Positions 1 through 9,014 of a DNA stretch of 52,650 bases are shown piece by piece. Within the stretch, counting starts at the first letter, position 1; each line of letters begins with the position of its first letter. Made by a program: the position numbers and the translations under genes. Location: NCBI GenBank assembly GCA_005889475.1, contig VBGT01000078.1:4147-56796 (forward strand), read 5' to 3'. The DNA comes from Chloroflexota bacterium. Its GTDB lineage: Bacteria > Chloroflexota > Limnocylindria > Limnocylindrales > CSP1-4. The notes below the pieces were generated by a model. That model had not been told where the DNA came from and did no database searches. It saw only the letters and a list, made by a program, of their open reading frames with translations.

Positions 1-641
1 GTCTCCGCGCCGGGGTACCTCAACCCGCTGCTGTTCACCTCGAGTGCGGTCCCGCTCTCGACGATCGCACGCAGCGCGGGCTCCTGGAGGTCGGGCCGCG
101 CGGCCAGGTCCGCCGCAGTGATGTATGGGTGCAGGTAGCGCTTGACGACGTCGAGATGGCCGATCGTGTCGAACAGGCCCGATCGAGCCGCGGCGATGAT
201 CTCGGCGTAGTACGGCGCGACGACCTCGTCGATCGAGCGGCCCTCGACCCAGGCACGGACGCGCGACGGCCAGTACGGCGACTCGGGCCAGTCGTGGACC
301 GAGCCGATCATGTAGTCGTAGCGATGCCGAGCCAGGTGGGCACGGACATCGGCGTCCCAGCGCCAGTTGTAGGTGAGCTCCGCGCCGAACCGGATGGTCA
401 CGCCCTGCTTCGCCCAACGCTCCGCGGCGCCGCGGACGACGCGCTCGCGGTCGTCGTAACGGGAGTACTCGAAGGCCGGGTCGCGCGGGTCGAAGTCCAC
501 GTGGTCGGTGATGCAGATCTCGGGGATGCCCTGCTCGACAGCAAGGGTGGCATAGACGTCGATGGGCACCGAGCTGTCCGGCGACTGGTCGGTATGCAAG
601 TGAGCATCAAGCGGGAAGCCGTCCCCCGGCGTCGCCGTCAC
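1..641 (-). CDS. PHP-family phosphoesterase (HisJ/HisK-type histidinol phosphatase-like), 3' end runs off the window
   Basis: Not in the ORF track. Manual translation from GTG at 641 (overlaps kbl TGA): VTATPGDGFPLDAHLHTDQSPDS...ICITDHVDF...FDTIGHLDVVKR...ALEVNSSGLR; HxH, TDH, GHLD and EVNS are PHP motifs. Confidence 0.8.
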   Translation of the reverse strand, partial: MTATPGDGFPLDAHLHTDQSPDSSVPIDVYATLAVEQGIPEICITDHVDFDPRDPAFEYSRYDDRERVVRGAAERWAKQGVTIRFGAELTYNWRWDADVRAHLARHRYDYMIGSVHDWPESPYWPSRVRAWVEGRSIDEVVAPYYAEIIAAARSGLFDTIGHLDVVKRYLHPYITAADLAARPDLQEPALRAIVESGTALEVNSSGLRYPGAE

Positions 642-1867
642 CCGGAGATGATCCCGAGCTCGTTGCCGACCTTGGCGAAGCTTTCGAGCGCCCGGTCGAT
701 GTGCTCGTCGGTCAGCGCGGCGGTCACGATCGTGCGCAGCCGGGCCTGGTCGAGCGCGACGGTCGGGAAGACGACCGAGGTGGCGAAGATCCCTTCCTCG
801 AACAGCCGGCCGGAGAACCGAATGGCGAGCTCCGAGTCGCCCACGATCAAGGGCGTGATGGGGGTTTCGGAGCGGCCGGTGTCGAAGCCGAGCCGTGTCA
901 GCTCGGCCTTGAACCGGCGCGTGCTCGCCCACAGCCGCTCGATCCGCCACGGCTCGTCGAGCATGACCCGGATCGCCTCGCGGCAGGCCGCCGCGTCGGC
1001 CGGCGGGTGCGAGGTCGAGAAGAGGAACGGCCTGGCGCGCTGGATCAGCAGCTCCCGCAGCGCCTGCGTGCTGGCGACATAGCCACCGAGGACACCCATC
1101 GCCTTGGACATCGTGCCGACCTGGATGTCGACGCGGCCGTGGAGCCCGAAGTGGTCGACCGAGCCGCGACCGTTGCGGCCGAGGACGCCCGACGCGTGCG
1201 CGTCGTCGACGAAGACGGCTGCGCCGTACTCCTCCGCGGCCTCGACGATCGCCGGCAGAGGTGCGATGTCGCCGTCCATCGAGAACACGCCATCGGTGAC
1301 GACGAGGACGAGCCGGTACGGGCCTGCGCCGTCTGGGCGACCGTCCGCGGCTGCGGTTTGCAGGAGCTCCCGGAGCGCCGCCACATCCTTGTGCGGATAG
1401 ATCTTCCGGGGCGCCTTCGACAGGCGCATGCCGTCGATGATCGACGCGTGGTTGAGCGCGTCCGAGACGATCAGGTCGGCCTCGCCGGTGATTGTCGGGA
1501 TCACCCCCGTGTTGGCGGTGAAGCCCGACTGGAACGTCAGCACCGCCTCGACTCCCTTGAAGTCGGCGAGCTCGGCCTCCAGCTGCTCGTGCTCGGTCAT
1601 CGTGCCGGCGATGGTCCGAACGGCGCCCGAGCCGACGCCGAACTCGGCTGTTGCCTTCAGCGCGGCTTCTCGCAACCGCGGGTGGTGGGTCAGCCCCAGG
1701 TAGTCATTCGAGGAGAGCGAGATCACCTCGCGCCCGTCGACGACCGTGACCGGCCCCTGCGCCGCGCTCATCACGCGCAGCGGCCGGTACAGGTGCTTCG
1801 CCTTGAGATCGTCGATCTCGTCGGCGATGAACTCCAGCGGGTTCCGGCGCTTGGTGGGTGCCGTCAT
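638..1867 (-). CDS. kbl: Glycine C-acetyltransferase (2-amino-3-ketobutyrate CoA ligase), PLP-dependent
   Basis: SNDYLGL, LNHASIIDG, TDGVFSMDG, DDAH and GTMSKA motifs; directly downstream of tdh; start set at MTAPTK. Confidence 0.9.
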   Translation of the reverse strand: MTAPTKRRNPLEFIADEIDDLKAKHLYRPLRVMSAAQGPVTVVDGREVISLSSNDYLGLTHHPRLREAALKATAEFGVGSGAVRTIAGTMTEHEQLEAELADFKGVEAVLTFQSGFTANTGVIPTITGEADLIVSDALNHASIIDGMRLSKAPRKIYPHKDVAALRELLQTAAADGRPDGAGPYRLVLVVTDGVFSMDGDIAPLPAIVEAAEEYGAAVFVDDAHASGVLGRNGRGSVDHFGLHGRVDIQVGTMSKAMGVLGGYVASTQALRELLIQRARPFLFSTSHPPADAAACREAIRVMLDEPWRIERLWASTRRFKAELTRLGFDTGRSETPITPLIVGDSELAIRFSGRLFEEGIFATSVVFPTVALDQARLRTIVTAALTDEHIDRALESFAKVGNELGIISG

Positions 1868-1924
1868 CGGTCGTTCCCCCACATCGGGAAATCTATGCCC
1901 ATCCGCGCATACGCGCGGCATCGC

Positions 1925-2953
1925 TCACGCGAGCCAGCTCATGATGACCTTGCCCGAGTCGCCCGACCGCGCCGCGGCGAACGCGGCCTCGAAGTCGCGG
2001 AAGCCGAAGCGGTGCGTGATCGCGGCTGAGATGTCGAGGCCCGACTGGAGCATCACCGTCATCTGATACCAGGTCTCGTACATCTCGCGGCCGTAGATGC
2101 CGCGGAGCGTCAGCTGGTTGAAGACGATCGTGTTGACGTCCAGGGAGATCTCGTCGGTCGGGATGCCCAGGATGGCGATCCGGCCGCCGTGGGCCATGTT
2201 CTCGATGGCCGACCGGAGCGCCGCCTCGACGCCCGACATCTCGAGGGCGATGTCGAAGCCCTCGACCATGCCGAGCTCGGCCTGGACCGCGTGGAGGTCG
2301 CGTTCGAGCGGGTCGACGGCGATCGTCGCGCCCATGCGGATAGCCAGCTCGCGCCGGAACGTATTCGGCTCGCTGACCACGACGTGGCGCGCGCCGGCGT
2401 GCCGCACGACGGCGGTCGCCATGAGCCCGATCGGGCCCGCGCCGGAGACCAGCACATCCTCACCGAGCACCGGGAACGCCAGCGCGGTGTGCACCGCGTT
2501 GCCGAATGGATCGAAGATCGCGGCGACGTCCTCGTCGATGCCCGGCGCGTGGTGCCAGATGTTGGTCATGGGCAGGGCCACGTACTCGGCGAACGCGCCG
2601 TCCCGCCCGACGCCGAGCCCGACGGTGTCGACGCACAGGTGCCGCTGGCCCGCGAGGCAGTGCCGGCACTTGCCGCACACGACATGGCCCTCACCACTGA
2701 CCAGGTCGCCGGGTTTGAAGCCGCTGACGTTCGCGCCGATCTCGACGATGTCCCCGACGAACTCATGGCCGACAACCAGGGGCGGCTGGATCGTGCGCGC
2801 CGCCCAGGGGTCCCAGGCGTCGATGTGGAGGTCCGTCCCGCAGATCCCGGTCTTGTGGACCCGGATCAGGACGTCATTGATGCCGATCGACGGCACCGGC
2901 ACGTCCTGCAGCCGCAGCCCGGGTCCGGCCTCGGCCTTGACCAGTGCGAGCAT
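1925..2953 (-). CDS. tdh: L-threonine 3-dehydrogenase
   Basis: [12 protein letters not shown], Zn cluster CGKCRHC...[24 protein letters not shown]. Confidence 0.95.
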   Translation of the reverse strand: MLALVKAEAGPGLRLQDVPVPSIGINDVLIRVHKTGICGTDLHIDAWDPWAARTIQPPLVVGHEFVGDIVEIGANVSGFKPGDLVSGEGHVVCGKCRHCLAGQRHLCVDTVGLGVGRDGAFAEYVALPMTNIWHHAPGIDEDVAAIFDPFGNAVHTALAFPVLGEDVLVSGAGPIGLMATAVVRHAGARHVVVSEPNTFRRELAIRMGATIAVDPLERDLHAVQAELGMVEGFDIALEMSGVEAALRSAIENMAHGGRIAILGIPTDEISLDVNTIVFNQLTLRGIYGREMYETWYQMTVMLQSGLDISAAITHRFGFRDFEAAFAAARSGDSGKVIMSWLA

Positions 2954-2997
2954 CAGGCCAGGCTCCCGTCAACGCCGCGTTGGCCGGCCGTCGTGGG

Positions 2998-3876
2998 TCA
3001 GCTCGCCGCCGGCGCGGAGCTGGCGGACGGCGCCGGGGCTGCCGAGCCGGCAGGCGTCGTCGGCACCGTGGTGGGCGTCACGGGTACGGAGGTCGGCGTT
3101 GGGCCAGGAGACGACAGCTGCGGACATTGATTCTCGGGGTTGAACCGCTCGGCCCGGGCGGCGTAGAAGTCGAACAGCAGCTTCTCGTCGAGGGTCTGCA
3201 TGGGCAGCACCGTATCCCACACCAGAGCTGCATACGGATAGGGCATGTCGTCGAAGCGGGCGATGACCGGCGTCAGGGCGCCGGGCGGGAAGTGGCAGAT
3301 CGGGCTGTCCGGCCACCTCGCGAGCAGTGACCGGAGCGCAGCCTGGCCGTCGTCGGTGCAGCCGTCGCCGGTGCAGTTGTAGAGGAGCACGATCGCCCCG
3401 TGTTCCATGTTGTGGATCCAGCCCTGGGGGACGGTCTTGTCGTTCGGTCCGTACAGGCCACCCTTGATCGGACCACCCGGCGGCGGGTAATGCCAGCCGC
3501 TGGCCGGCGGGCACCACGTGTACGTGACCTTGGTGCCGACGGCCACGTGGTTGCGACCCATGTCCGGCTCCACGTAGCCCGGCGGTGGCGGGGTCACGGC
3601 GGGAGCGGGGGTTGCCCCCGACGCGACGGGCGCCCGGCTGGGAGCGACGAACGACGGCGCGGGTGTCGGCTCGAACGGGTTCACGCAGGCGTAGGCCGGG
3701 CTCAGGCCAGGCGCGACGAAGCCGACGAAGACGAGCCCGGCGAACACGGCGATGCCGCCAATCCAGAGGAGCAGGTTGCGATAGCGCTCGAGGAAGGTGG
3801 CCCTGCGTGGGGCGGGGCGGCGGGAGCGTCGCACGGCCCGGCTGGCCGGGCTCGGACGACGCGAGGACCTGGTCAA
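2998..3876 (-). CDS. DUF3105-domain membrane-anchored protein
   Basis: N-terminal TM helix; PPASGWHY and HNMEHGAIVLLY motifs; Pro-rich linkers. Confidence 0.7.
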   Translation of the reverse strand: MTRSSRRPSPASRAVRRSRRPAPRRATFLERYRNLLLWIGGIAVFAGLVFVGFVAPGLSPAYACVNPFEPTPAPSFVAPSRAPVASGATPAPAVTPPPPGYVEPDMGRNHVAVGTKVTYTWCPPASGWHYPPPGGPIKGGLYGPNDKTVPQGWIHNMEHGAIVLLYNCTGDGCTDDGQAALRSLLARWPDSPICHFPPGALTPVIARFDDMPYPYAALVWDTVLPMQTLDEKLLFDFYAARAERFNPENQCPQLSSPGPTPTSVPVTPTTVPTTPAGSAAPAPSASSAPAAS

Positions 3877-3925
3877 GGATGGCCTCGTTGGACGTGGAGG
3901 GGGATCGGCGAGGAAGTCTGCCAGA

Positions 3926-4294
3926 TCACGGCTGGTCGAGCCATGCGGCCGCGGCCGGCGTGCGCAGGCCGCGGAAGAGCAGCGCCGCCAGCGCCGCGAG
4001 CAGCACCGCTCCGATGAGCTGGCCGAAAAGCAGGGCCAGCGGGATGGCTGGCAGGGCGAGCGTCGAGAGGCCGAGCGCGAGGCCGCGCGCGGCGGCCTTG
4101 CGCTGCAGGACGACGGTCACGGTGAAGATCGTGTACGCGAGCAGCGCCATGACGACGAGGCCGAGCGGCGTGACGGGCACTGTCTGGGCCTGATCGACGA
4201 CAAAGCCGAGCGACAGCCCGACGCCGGCCAGGATGGCCAGGGCGTAGACGACGAACAGGGCAACGCCCCAGGGCATGCCGCGAAGTGAGGGCAT
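3926..4294 (-). CDS. Small multi-pass membrane protein of unknown function
   Basis: About four hydrophobic segments; fills the gap between neighbouring genes. Confidence 0.65.
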   Translation of the reverse strand: MPSLRGMPWGVALFVVYALAILAGVGLSLGFVVDQAQTVPVTPLGLVVMALLAYTIFTVTVVLQRKAAARGLALGLSTLALPAIPLALLFGQLIGAVLLAALAALLFRGLRTPAAAAWLDQP

Positions 4295-4323
4295 CGCCGG
4301 TCATTGTGGAGTCGGTTCGGGTC

Positions 4324-4352
4324 TTGACGCCCGTGGACCCGGAGGCTAGTGT
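4324..4352 (+). promoter_or_regulatory. Sigma70-type promoter of the LacI/maltodextrin locus
   Basis: TTGACG (4324-4329), 17 nt spacer, TAGTGT (4347-4352). Confidence 0.7.
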
Positions 4353-4354
4353 CA

Positions 4355-4380
4355 CTAAACCGGTTTTCTAAACCGGTTTT
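4355..4380. promoter_or_regulatory. Tandem LacI-family operators
   Basis: Exact 13-bp tandem repeat CTAAACCGGTTTT x2; each unit contains the palindrome AAACCGGTTT; lies just after the -10 and upstream of a LacI gene. Confidence 0.8.
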
Positions 4381-4454
4381 CCCGCGAAGCCGTGAGGAGC
4401 CCGCAGGGCTCGCGGAGGTGCCGGCGGTGGGTCATCCGCCGGTGGAGGAGGATC

Positions 4455-5531
4455 TTGGAGCGGCACAGACATCGGCCGCGCATCGCGGACGTCGCGCGGG
4501 AGGCCGGCGTGTCCAAGACGGCCGTGTCGTTCGCGTTCAACAGCCCTGAGCGGCTGTCGGCCGAGACCGCCGTCCGCATCCGCGAGGTGGCCGACACGCT
4601 CGGCTACCGACCGAACCCGGTGGCGCGGATGCTCACCCAGCGCCAGACGATGACCCTCGGCGTGCTCACGCCGCAGGCACTCGCGGTCATCTTCTCAAAC
4701 CCGTTCTTCGCGCTGTTCAGCGAGGGCGTCGCCCACGCCGCCGAGGACCTGGGCTACGAGCTGCATTTCATCTCGCCCCTGCATGGCTCGCTGGCGCTGG
4801 CGATGGGCCGGGCGACGGTCGACGGGGTGGTCGCGATCGGGCTATCGGCCGATCACCCGGAGGTCGGGCAGATCCGTGGCGCCGGCCTGCCGATGGTCCT
4901 GGTCGATTCGGACGACCTGCCCGAGCACAGCTCGGTCATGGTCGACGACGAGGCCGGCGCGCGGGCCGCCGCGGAGCACGTCCTCGGGCTGGGTCATCGC
5001 GACGTGCTGATCATCGCCGTCGAGGGCCCGGAGTCGCCGACGGGCCAGCCCCAGCGCCAGGGCGTCACCGAGCGCCGGTTGCGCGGCTACCAGGCGGCGC
5101 TGGACGCCGCGGGCATCTCGCTGCGCAGCGACCACATCGTCGCCGGCCGGGCGTCGATCGAGGGCGGCGCGTCCGCCTTCCAGCGCGCCTGGGCGGCGGG
5201 CACCCGCCCGACCGCGGTCCTGGCCATGAGCGACGCGATGGCCATCGGCGCCATGCGCGTGGCGCGGGAGCAGGGCCTGCGCATCCCCGACGACATGAGC
5301 GTCGTCGGATTCGACGACATCGACCTCGCCGCCCATGTCGACCCGCCGCTGACGACGGTCCATCAGCCGATCCGTCAGAAGGGCGCCGACGCGGTTCGCC
5401 TCCTCCTCGCCGAGGTGGAGCAGCGAGAGGCATATCGACCCGAGCACCTCCGGCTCGAGACGCGACTCATCGTCCGCGGCTCGACCGGGCCCGCGCCGCG
5501 GGAGCGGCAGGAGGTGACCGGGGCGACGTGA
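4455..5531 (+). CDS. LacI-family transcriptional regulator
   Basis: IADVAREAGVSKTAVS HTH, YRPN, SVVGFDD, PPLTTVHQP; TTG start after GGAGGA. Confidence 0.95.
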   Translation: MERHRHRPRIADVAREAGVSKTAVSFAFNSPERLSAETAVRIREVADTLGYRPNPVARMLTQRQTMTLGVLTPQALAVIFSNPFFALFSEGVAHAAEDLGYELHFISPLHGSLALAMGRATVDGVVAIGLSADHPEVGQIRGAGLPMVLVDSDDLPEHSSVMVDDEAGARAAAEHVLGLGHRDVLIIAVEGPESPTGQPQRQGVTERRLRGYQAALDAAGISLRSDHIVAGRASIEGGASAFQRAWAAGTRPTAVLAMSDAMAIGAMRVAREQGLRIPDDMSVVGFDDIDLAAHVDPPLTTVHQPIRQKGADAVRLLLAEVEQREAYRPEHLRLETRLIVRGSTGPAPRERQEVTGAT

Positions 5532-5681
5532 GGTCGATGCGTGCGCGGCATCGGCGTGGTATCCCTCGCCGCTGCAGTCACCCATAGGGACCGGTCGTCG
5601 ACCGCTCCCACCGGCCTGATCCAGGAGGAAGGCCCCGATCGTTGGGGCTTTGCACGACAGACAGAGGAGACGACACAGACA

Positions 5682-6929
5682 ATGAAGAGTCCTATCCGGC
5701 TCGTCGGGCTGCTTGCCACCCTGACCCTCGTGGCCAGCGCGTGTGGGCCGTCCGGCAGCGCCCCGACCACCGGCGCCACCCAGCCAGCGGCAACCCAGGG
5801 CGAGGCATCCACGGGTCCCGCCGCCCTGAGCGGGTCGCTCACGATCTGGGAGGCGTACGGCGCCTCGGGTACGTCCGAGAAGGACGCATTCGACAAGATC
5901 GTCGGGCAGATCAAGGCCGCCAACTCCGGCCTGACCGTGAACGTCCTCGACGTCCCGTTCAACGACCTGTTCAACAAGTTCGAGACGTCCGCGAGCACGG
6001 GCGAGCCCGACATGTACATCGCACCGAACGACAGCCTGCCGAGCGAGGCGCGCAATGGCCTGCTCGCCGACGTCAGCGACCTCGAGGCCACGCTGAAGGG
6101 CGCGCCATACAACACCTCCGACGTCGCCCTCAACGCGGCCATGGTCGACGGGAAGCTCTACGAGATCCCGGAGTCGATGAAGGCCGTCGAGCTCTTCTAT
6201 CGAACCGACCAGCTCGCCACGGCACCCGCGACGACCGCCGACTGGATGACGAATGCAGCCAAGCTCGGCCTCGTCTACGGGGCCAACGGCGGCGGCGCCT
6301 ACTACGAATGGGGCTGGTACAGCACGTTCGGCGGCAAGATCATGGATGACACCGGCAAGTGCGCCGCCACCCAGGGCGGCGTGGCCGATGCCCTCAAGTT
6401 CCTCGCCGACTTCAAGGCGGCCGGTGGGCACCTCTACCAGAACGACGGCGACGCCAAGGCCGACCTGATCTCCGGCAAGATCGGCGGTTTCATCGACGGC
6501 CCGTGGCAGTCGGGTGACCTCAAGACGGCGCTCAAGGACAAGCTCGCCGTGGCGGCCGGGCCCACCGGTCCGAGCGGTGGCACGTGGGCCCCCATGACGG
6601 CGCCGGATGGTTTCTACATCAATGCGGCTTCGCCGAACATCGACCTCGCGAAGCAGTTCGCCCTGCAATTCCTCCTGCCCGCCAACGAGCAGGTCTTCGC
6701 GGACGCCGGCCACCTGCCGGCGAACACGACGCTCCAGCCCAGTGATGCCATTGCCCAGGCGTTCGCGGCTCTCATGCCGTCCGGATTTGCCCGGCCGACG
6801 CTCGCGGCCCTGAACAACTACTGGGGCAACTTCGGTAGCGCCATCGTGGCGGTCGTCGACAAGAAGACCGATGCGACAACGGAAGTGGCCAACGCCTGCT
6901 CCGCCATGGACAAGGCCAACAAGCTCTAG
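5682..6929 (+). CDS. Maltose/maltodextrin ABC transporter substrate-binding lipoprotein (MalE-like)
   Basis: Lipobox VASAC; EPDMYIAPND and IDGPW motifs; SD GAGGAG; adjacent permeases and GH13 genes. Confidence 0.85.
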   Translation: MKSPIRLVGLLATLTLVASACGPSGSAPTTGATQPAATQGEASTGPAALSGSLTIWEAYGASGTSEKDAFDKIVGQIKAANSGLTVNVLDVPFNDLFNKFETSASTGEPDMYIAPNDSLPSEARNGLLADVSDLEATLKGAPYNTSDVALNAAMVDGKLYEIPESMKAVELFYRTDQLATAPATTADWMTNAAKLGLVYGANGGGAYYEWGWYSTFGGKIMDDTGKCAATQGGVADALKFLADFKAAGGHLYQNDGDAKADLISGKIGGFIDGPWQSGDLKTALKDKLAVAAGPTGPSGGTWAPMTAPDGFYINAASPNIDLAKQFALQFLLPANEQVFADAGHLPANTTLQPSDAIAQAFAALMPSGFARPTLAALNNYWGNFGSAIVAVVDKKTDATTEVANACSAMDKANKL

Positions 6930-6962
6930 TCGACCGTCGAGGGCACCGCCCTCGCGTATGCT

Positions 6963-6999
6963 CCGGGGAGGGGAGGCCGGAATGGCTTCTCCTCCCCGG
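6963..6999 (+). terminator. Intercistronic stem-loop after the binding-protein gene
   Basis: CCGGGGAGGGGAGGCC-ggaat-GGCTTCTCCTCCCCGG, a 16-bp stem with 2 G.U pairs and no U tract. Confidence 0.65.
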
Positions 7000-7049
7000 G
7001 CCGATCTCGAGCGTCACCCACTCGGCAAGGACAGGAGGATCCCGCGCCG

Positions 7050-8072
7050 ATGACCGCCGTTGCGGCCAGCCCCGGAGCCATCGTCCCGGCGCGACCCTCA
7101 CGCTGGCGCCGCGCGCGCGACACGCGCACGGCCTACCTCTTCCTCCTGCCGGCGCTCCTGGTGATGGCCATCATCACCTTCTATCCCCTCGTGTTCCAGG
7201 TCTACATGTCCTTCACGGACTACGGCCTGAAGAACCTCGCGACCAAGGCGCCAGCGCCGGACGTCGTCGGGTTCGACAACTACCTCCGGATCCTGAACAA
7301 CGACATCGTCATCCCGAACTTCGACTTCGTCAGGATCCTCGTCTTCAACCTCTGGTGGGCGTTCTCGAACGTCGTGATCCACGTCGTGCTCGGCGTGGCG
7401 ATCGCGCTCCTGCTGAACGTCCCACGGCTCCGGTTCCGGCGGTTCTGGCGGTCGCTCTACATCCTGCCGGTCATGGTCCCGCCGATCATCGTCGCGACCG
7501 TCTGGCGCAACATGTTCGATCCCCAGAACGGGGCGGTGAACCAGATCCTGAACGGGACGGTCGGCGTGCTGTTCAAGCTGCCGCCGGTCACCCTGGACTG
7601 GCTCAACTACCCGAACCCGATCATCGCCGCCGGGCCGTTCGTCCTGCCGCTCGCATATTTTGGGCTGCTCGCGGCCAATGTCTGGCTCGGCTGGCCGCTC
7701 AACTCGGTCGTCGCGACGGGCGCGCTGCAGGCCATCCCAAGCGAGCTGTACGAGGCGGCGGCGATGGACGGCGCGGGCCCGTGGCAGAAGTTCAAGAACG
7801 TCACGCTGCCGTTCCTCCGACCCGCGATGCTGCCGTTCGCGATCTACGGCTTCGTCGTCACGTTCAACCTGTTCTACCTCTCGTATTTCATGTCGGGCGG
7901 CGGCCCATTCGGCCAGACCGAGCTGCTCGTGACCACCGCCTATCGCCTGGTCGCCGAGCAGAAGCTGTATGGCGTCGCGGCCGCGTTCGCCGTGTTCCAG
8001 TTCTTCATCCTGCTCGCCATCACCCTGATCACCAATCGCCTCGCGAAGGCGACGGCGTCCTTCAACGCCTGA
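7050..8072 (+). CDS. Sugar ABC transporter permease (MalF-like)
   Basis: EAA loop LYEAAAMDGA; multiple TM helices. Confidence 0.92.
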   Translation: MTAVAASPGAIVPARPSRWRRARDTRTAYLFLLPALLVMAIITFYPLVFQVYMSFTDYGLKNLATKAPAPDVVGFDNYLRILNNDIVIPNFDFVRILVFNLWWAFSNVVIHVVLGVAIALLLNVPRLRFRRFWRSLYILPVMVPPIIVATVWRNMFDPQNGAVNQILNGTVGVLFKLPPVTLDWLNYPNPIIAAGPFVLPLAYFGLLAANVWLGWPLNSVVATGALQAIPSELYEAAAMDGAGPWQKFKNVTLPFLRPAMLPFAIYGFVVTFNLFYLSYFMSGGGPFGQTELLVTTAYRLVAEQKLYGVAAAFAVFQFFILLAITLITNRLAKATASFNA

Positions 8073-8087
8073 GCCGGAGAGAGCCTG

Positions 8088-9014
8088 ATGACCGTCGACG
8101 CCAAGCTGGCCGCCCCGGCGGTCGTGCGGCCGGCCGAGCGCACGCGCCGCCGACAGGGCTCGGGCATCGGCCGCCAGCTGGCCCTCCAGCTCCTGTGCCT
8201 GGTGATCGGGGTGACGGTCATCTTCCCGGTGCTGTGGGTCGTCGCGATGTCAATCGATCCGCGCAACCTCCAGCGGCCGGACACGCTCTTCCCGCCCGGT
8301 GCCTCGCTGGACGCGTACGCCCGGGTCCTCGCCCGCCCGACCCAGAACCCGGTTTCTTTCCTGACCCTCGCGCTGAACAGCCTGTTCCTCGCCGTGGTCA
8401 TCACGGTGGCGAGCGTCGGCATCGGGGTGCTCGCCGCCTACGCGTTCTCGCGCATGAGCTTCCGCGGTCGGGAACCGCTGATGATCGGAATCCTGGCGGT
8501 GCTCATGCTGCCGGCGGTCGCGACCATCGCGCCGCTGTTCGTCTCGCTCAACAAGATCCAGATCGGGACGTTCAACCTGCGCAACTCGTTGGTCGGTGTC
8601 GCCATCGCGATCGTGTCGAGCCAGCTGCCGTTCGCGATCTGGAACATGAAGGGCTACCTGGACACGATTCCGAAGGAGCTCGAGGAAGCGGCAATCGTCG
8701 ATGGCGCGAGCCGGTTCCAGACGTTCGTGCGGATCATCCTGCCTCTCGCCAAGCCCGTCCTCGCGGTCACCGCCCTGTTCGCGTTCATCGCCGGCTGGAC
8801 CGAGTTCATCCTGTCGTGGATCTTCCTGACCAAGCCGGAGACGTTCACGCTCGCGATGGCGCTCAACGGCATGGTCGGCCAGTACGCGAGCAGTACCCCG
8901 TGGTCCGACTTCGCCGCGTTCGCGATCCTGTTCGCGATCCCGCCGATCTTCGCCTACGCCCTGTTGCAGCGCTATATCGTCGGGGGGCTGACCGTGGGTG
9001 GGGTCAAGGGCTGA
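8088..9014 (+). CDS. Sugar ABC transporter permease (MalG-like)
   Basis: KGYLDTIPKELEEAAIVDGA; C-terminal GLTVGGVKG. Confidence 0.92.
   Translation: MTVDAKLAAPAVVRPAERTRRRQGSGIGRQLALQLLCLVIGVTVIFPVLWVVAMSIDPRNLQRPDTLFPPGASLDAYARVLARPTQNPVSFLTLALNSLFLAVVITVASVGIGVLAAYAFSRMSFRGREPLMIGILAVLMLPAVATIAPLFVSLNKIQIGTFNLRNSLVGVAIAIVSSQLPFAIWNMKGYLDTIPKELEEAAIVDGASRFQTFVRIILPLAKPVLAVTALFAFIAGWTEFILSWIFLTKPETFTLAMALNGMVGQYASSTPWSDFAAFAILFAIPPIFAYALLQRYIVGGLTVGGVKG

Noticed and set aside
129-2029. Long plus-strand ORFs antisense to the PHP gene and kbl, and similar shadow ORFs throughout (e.g. 4842-6713, 7355-9064, 42933-44405)
   Set aside because: Expected at high GC; no motifs, and they overlap well-supported genes
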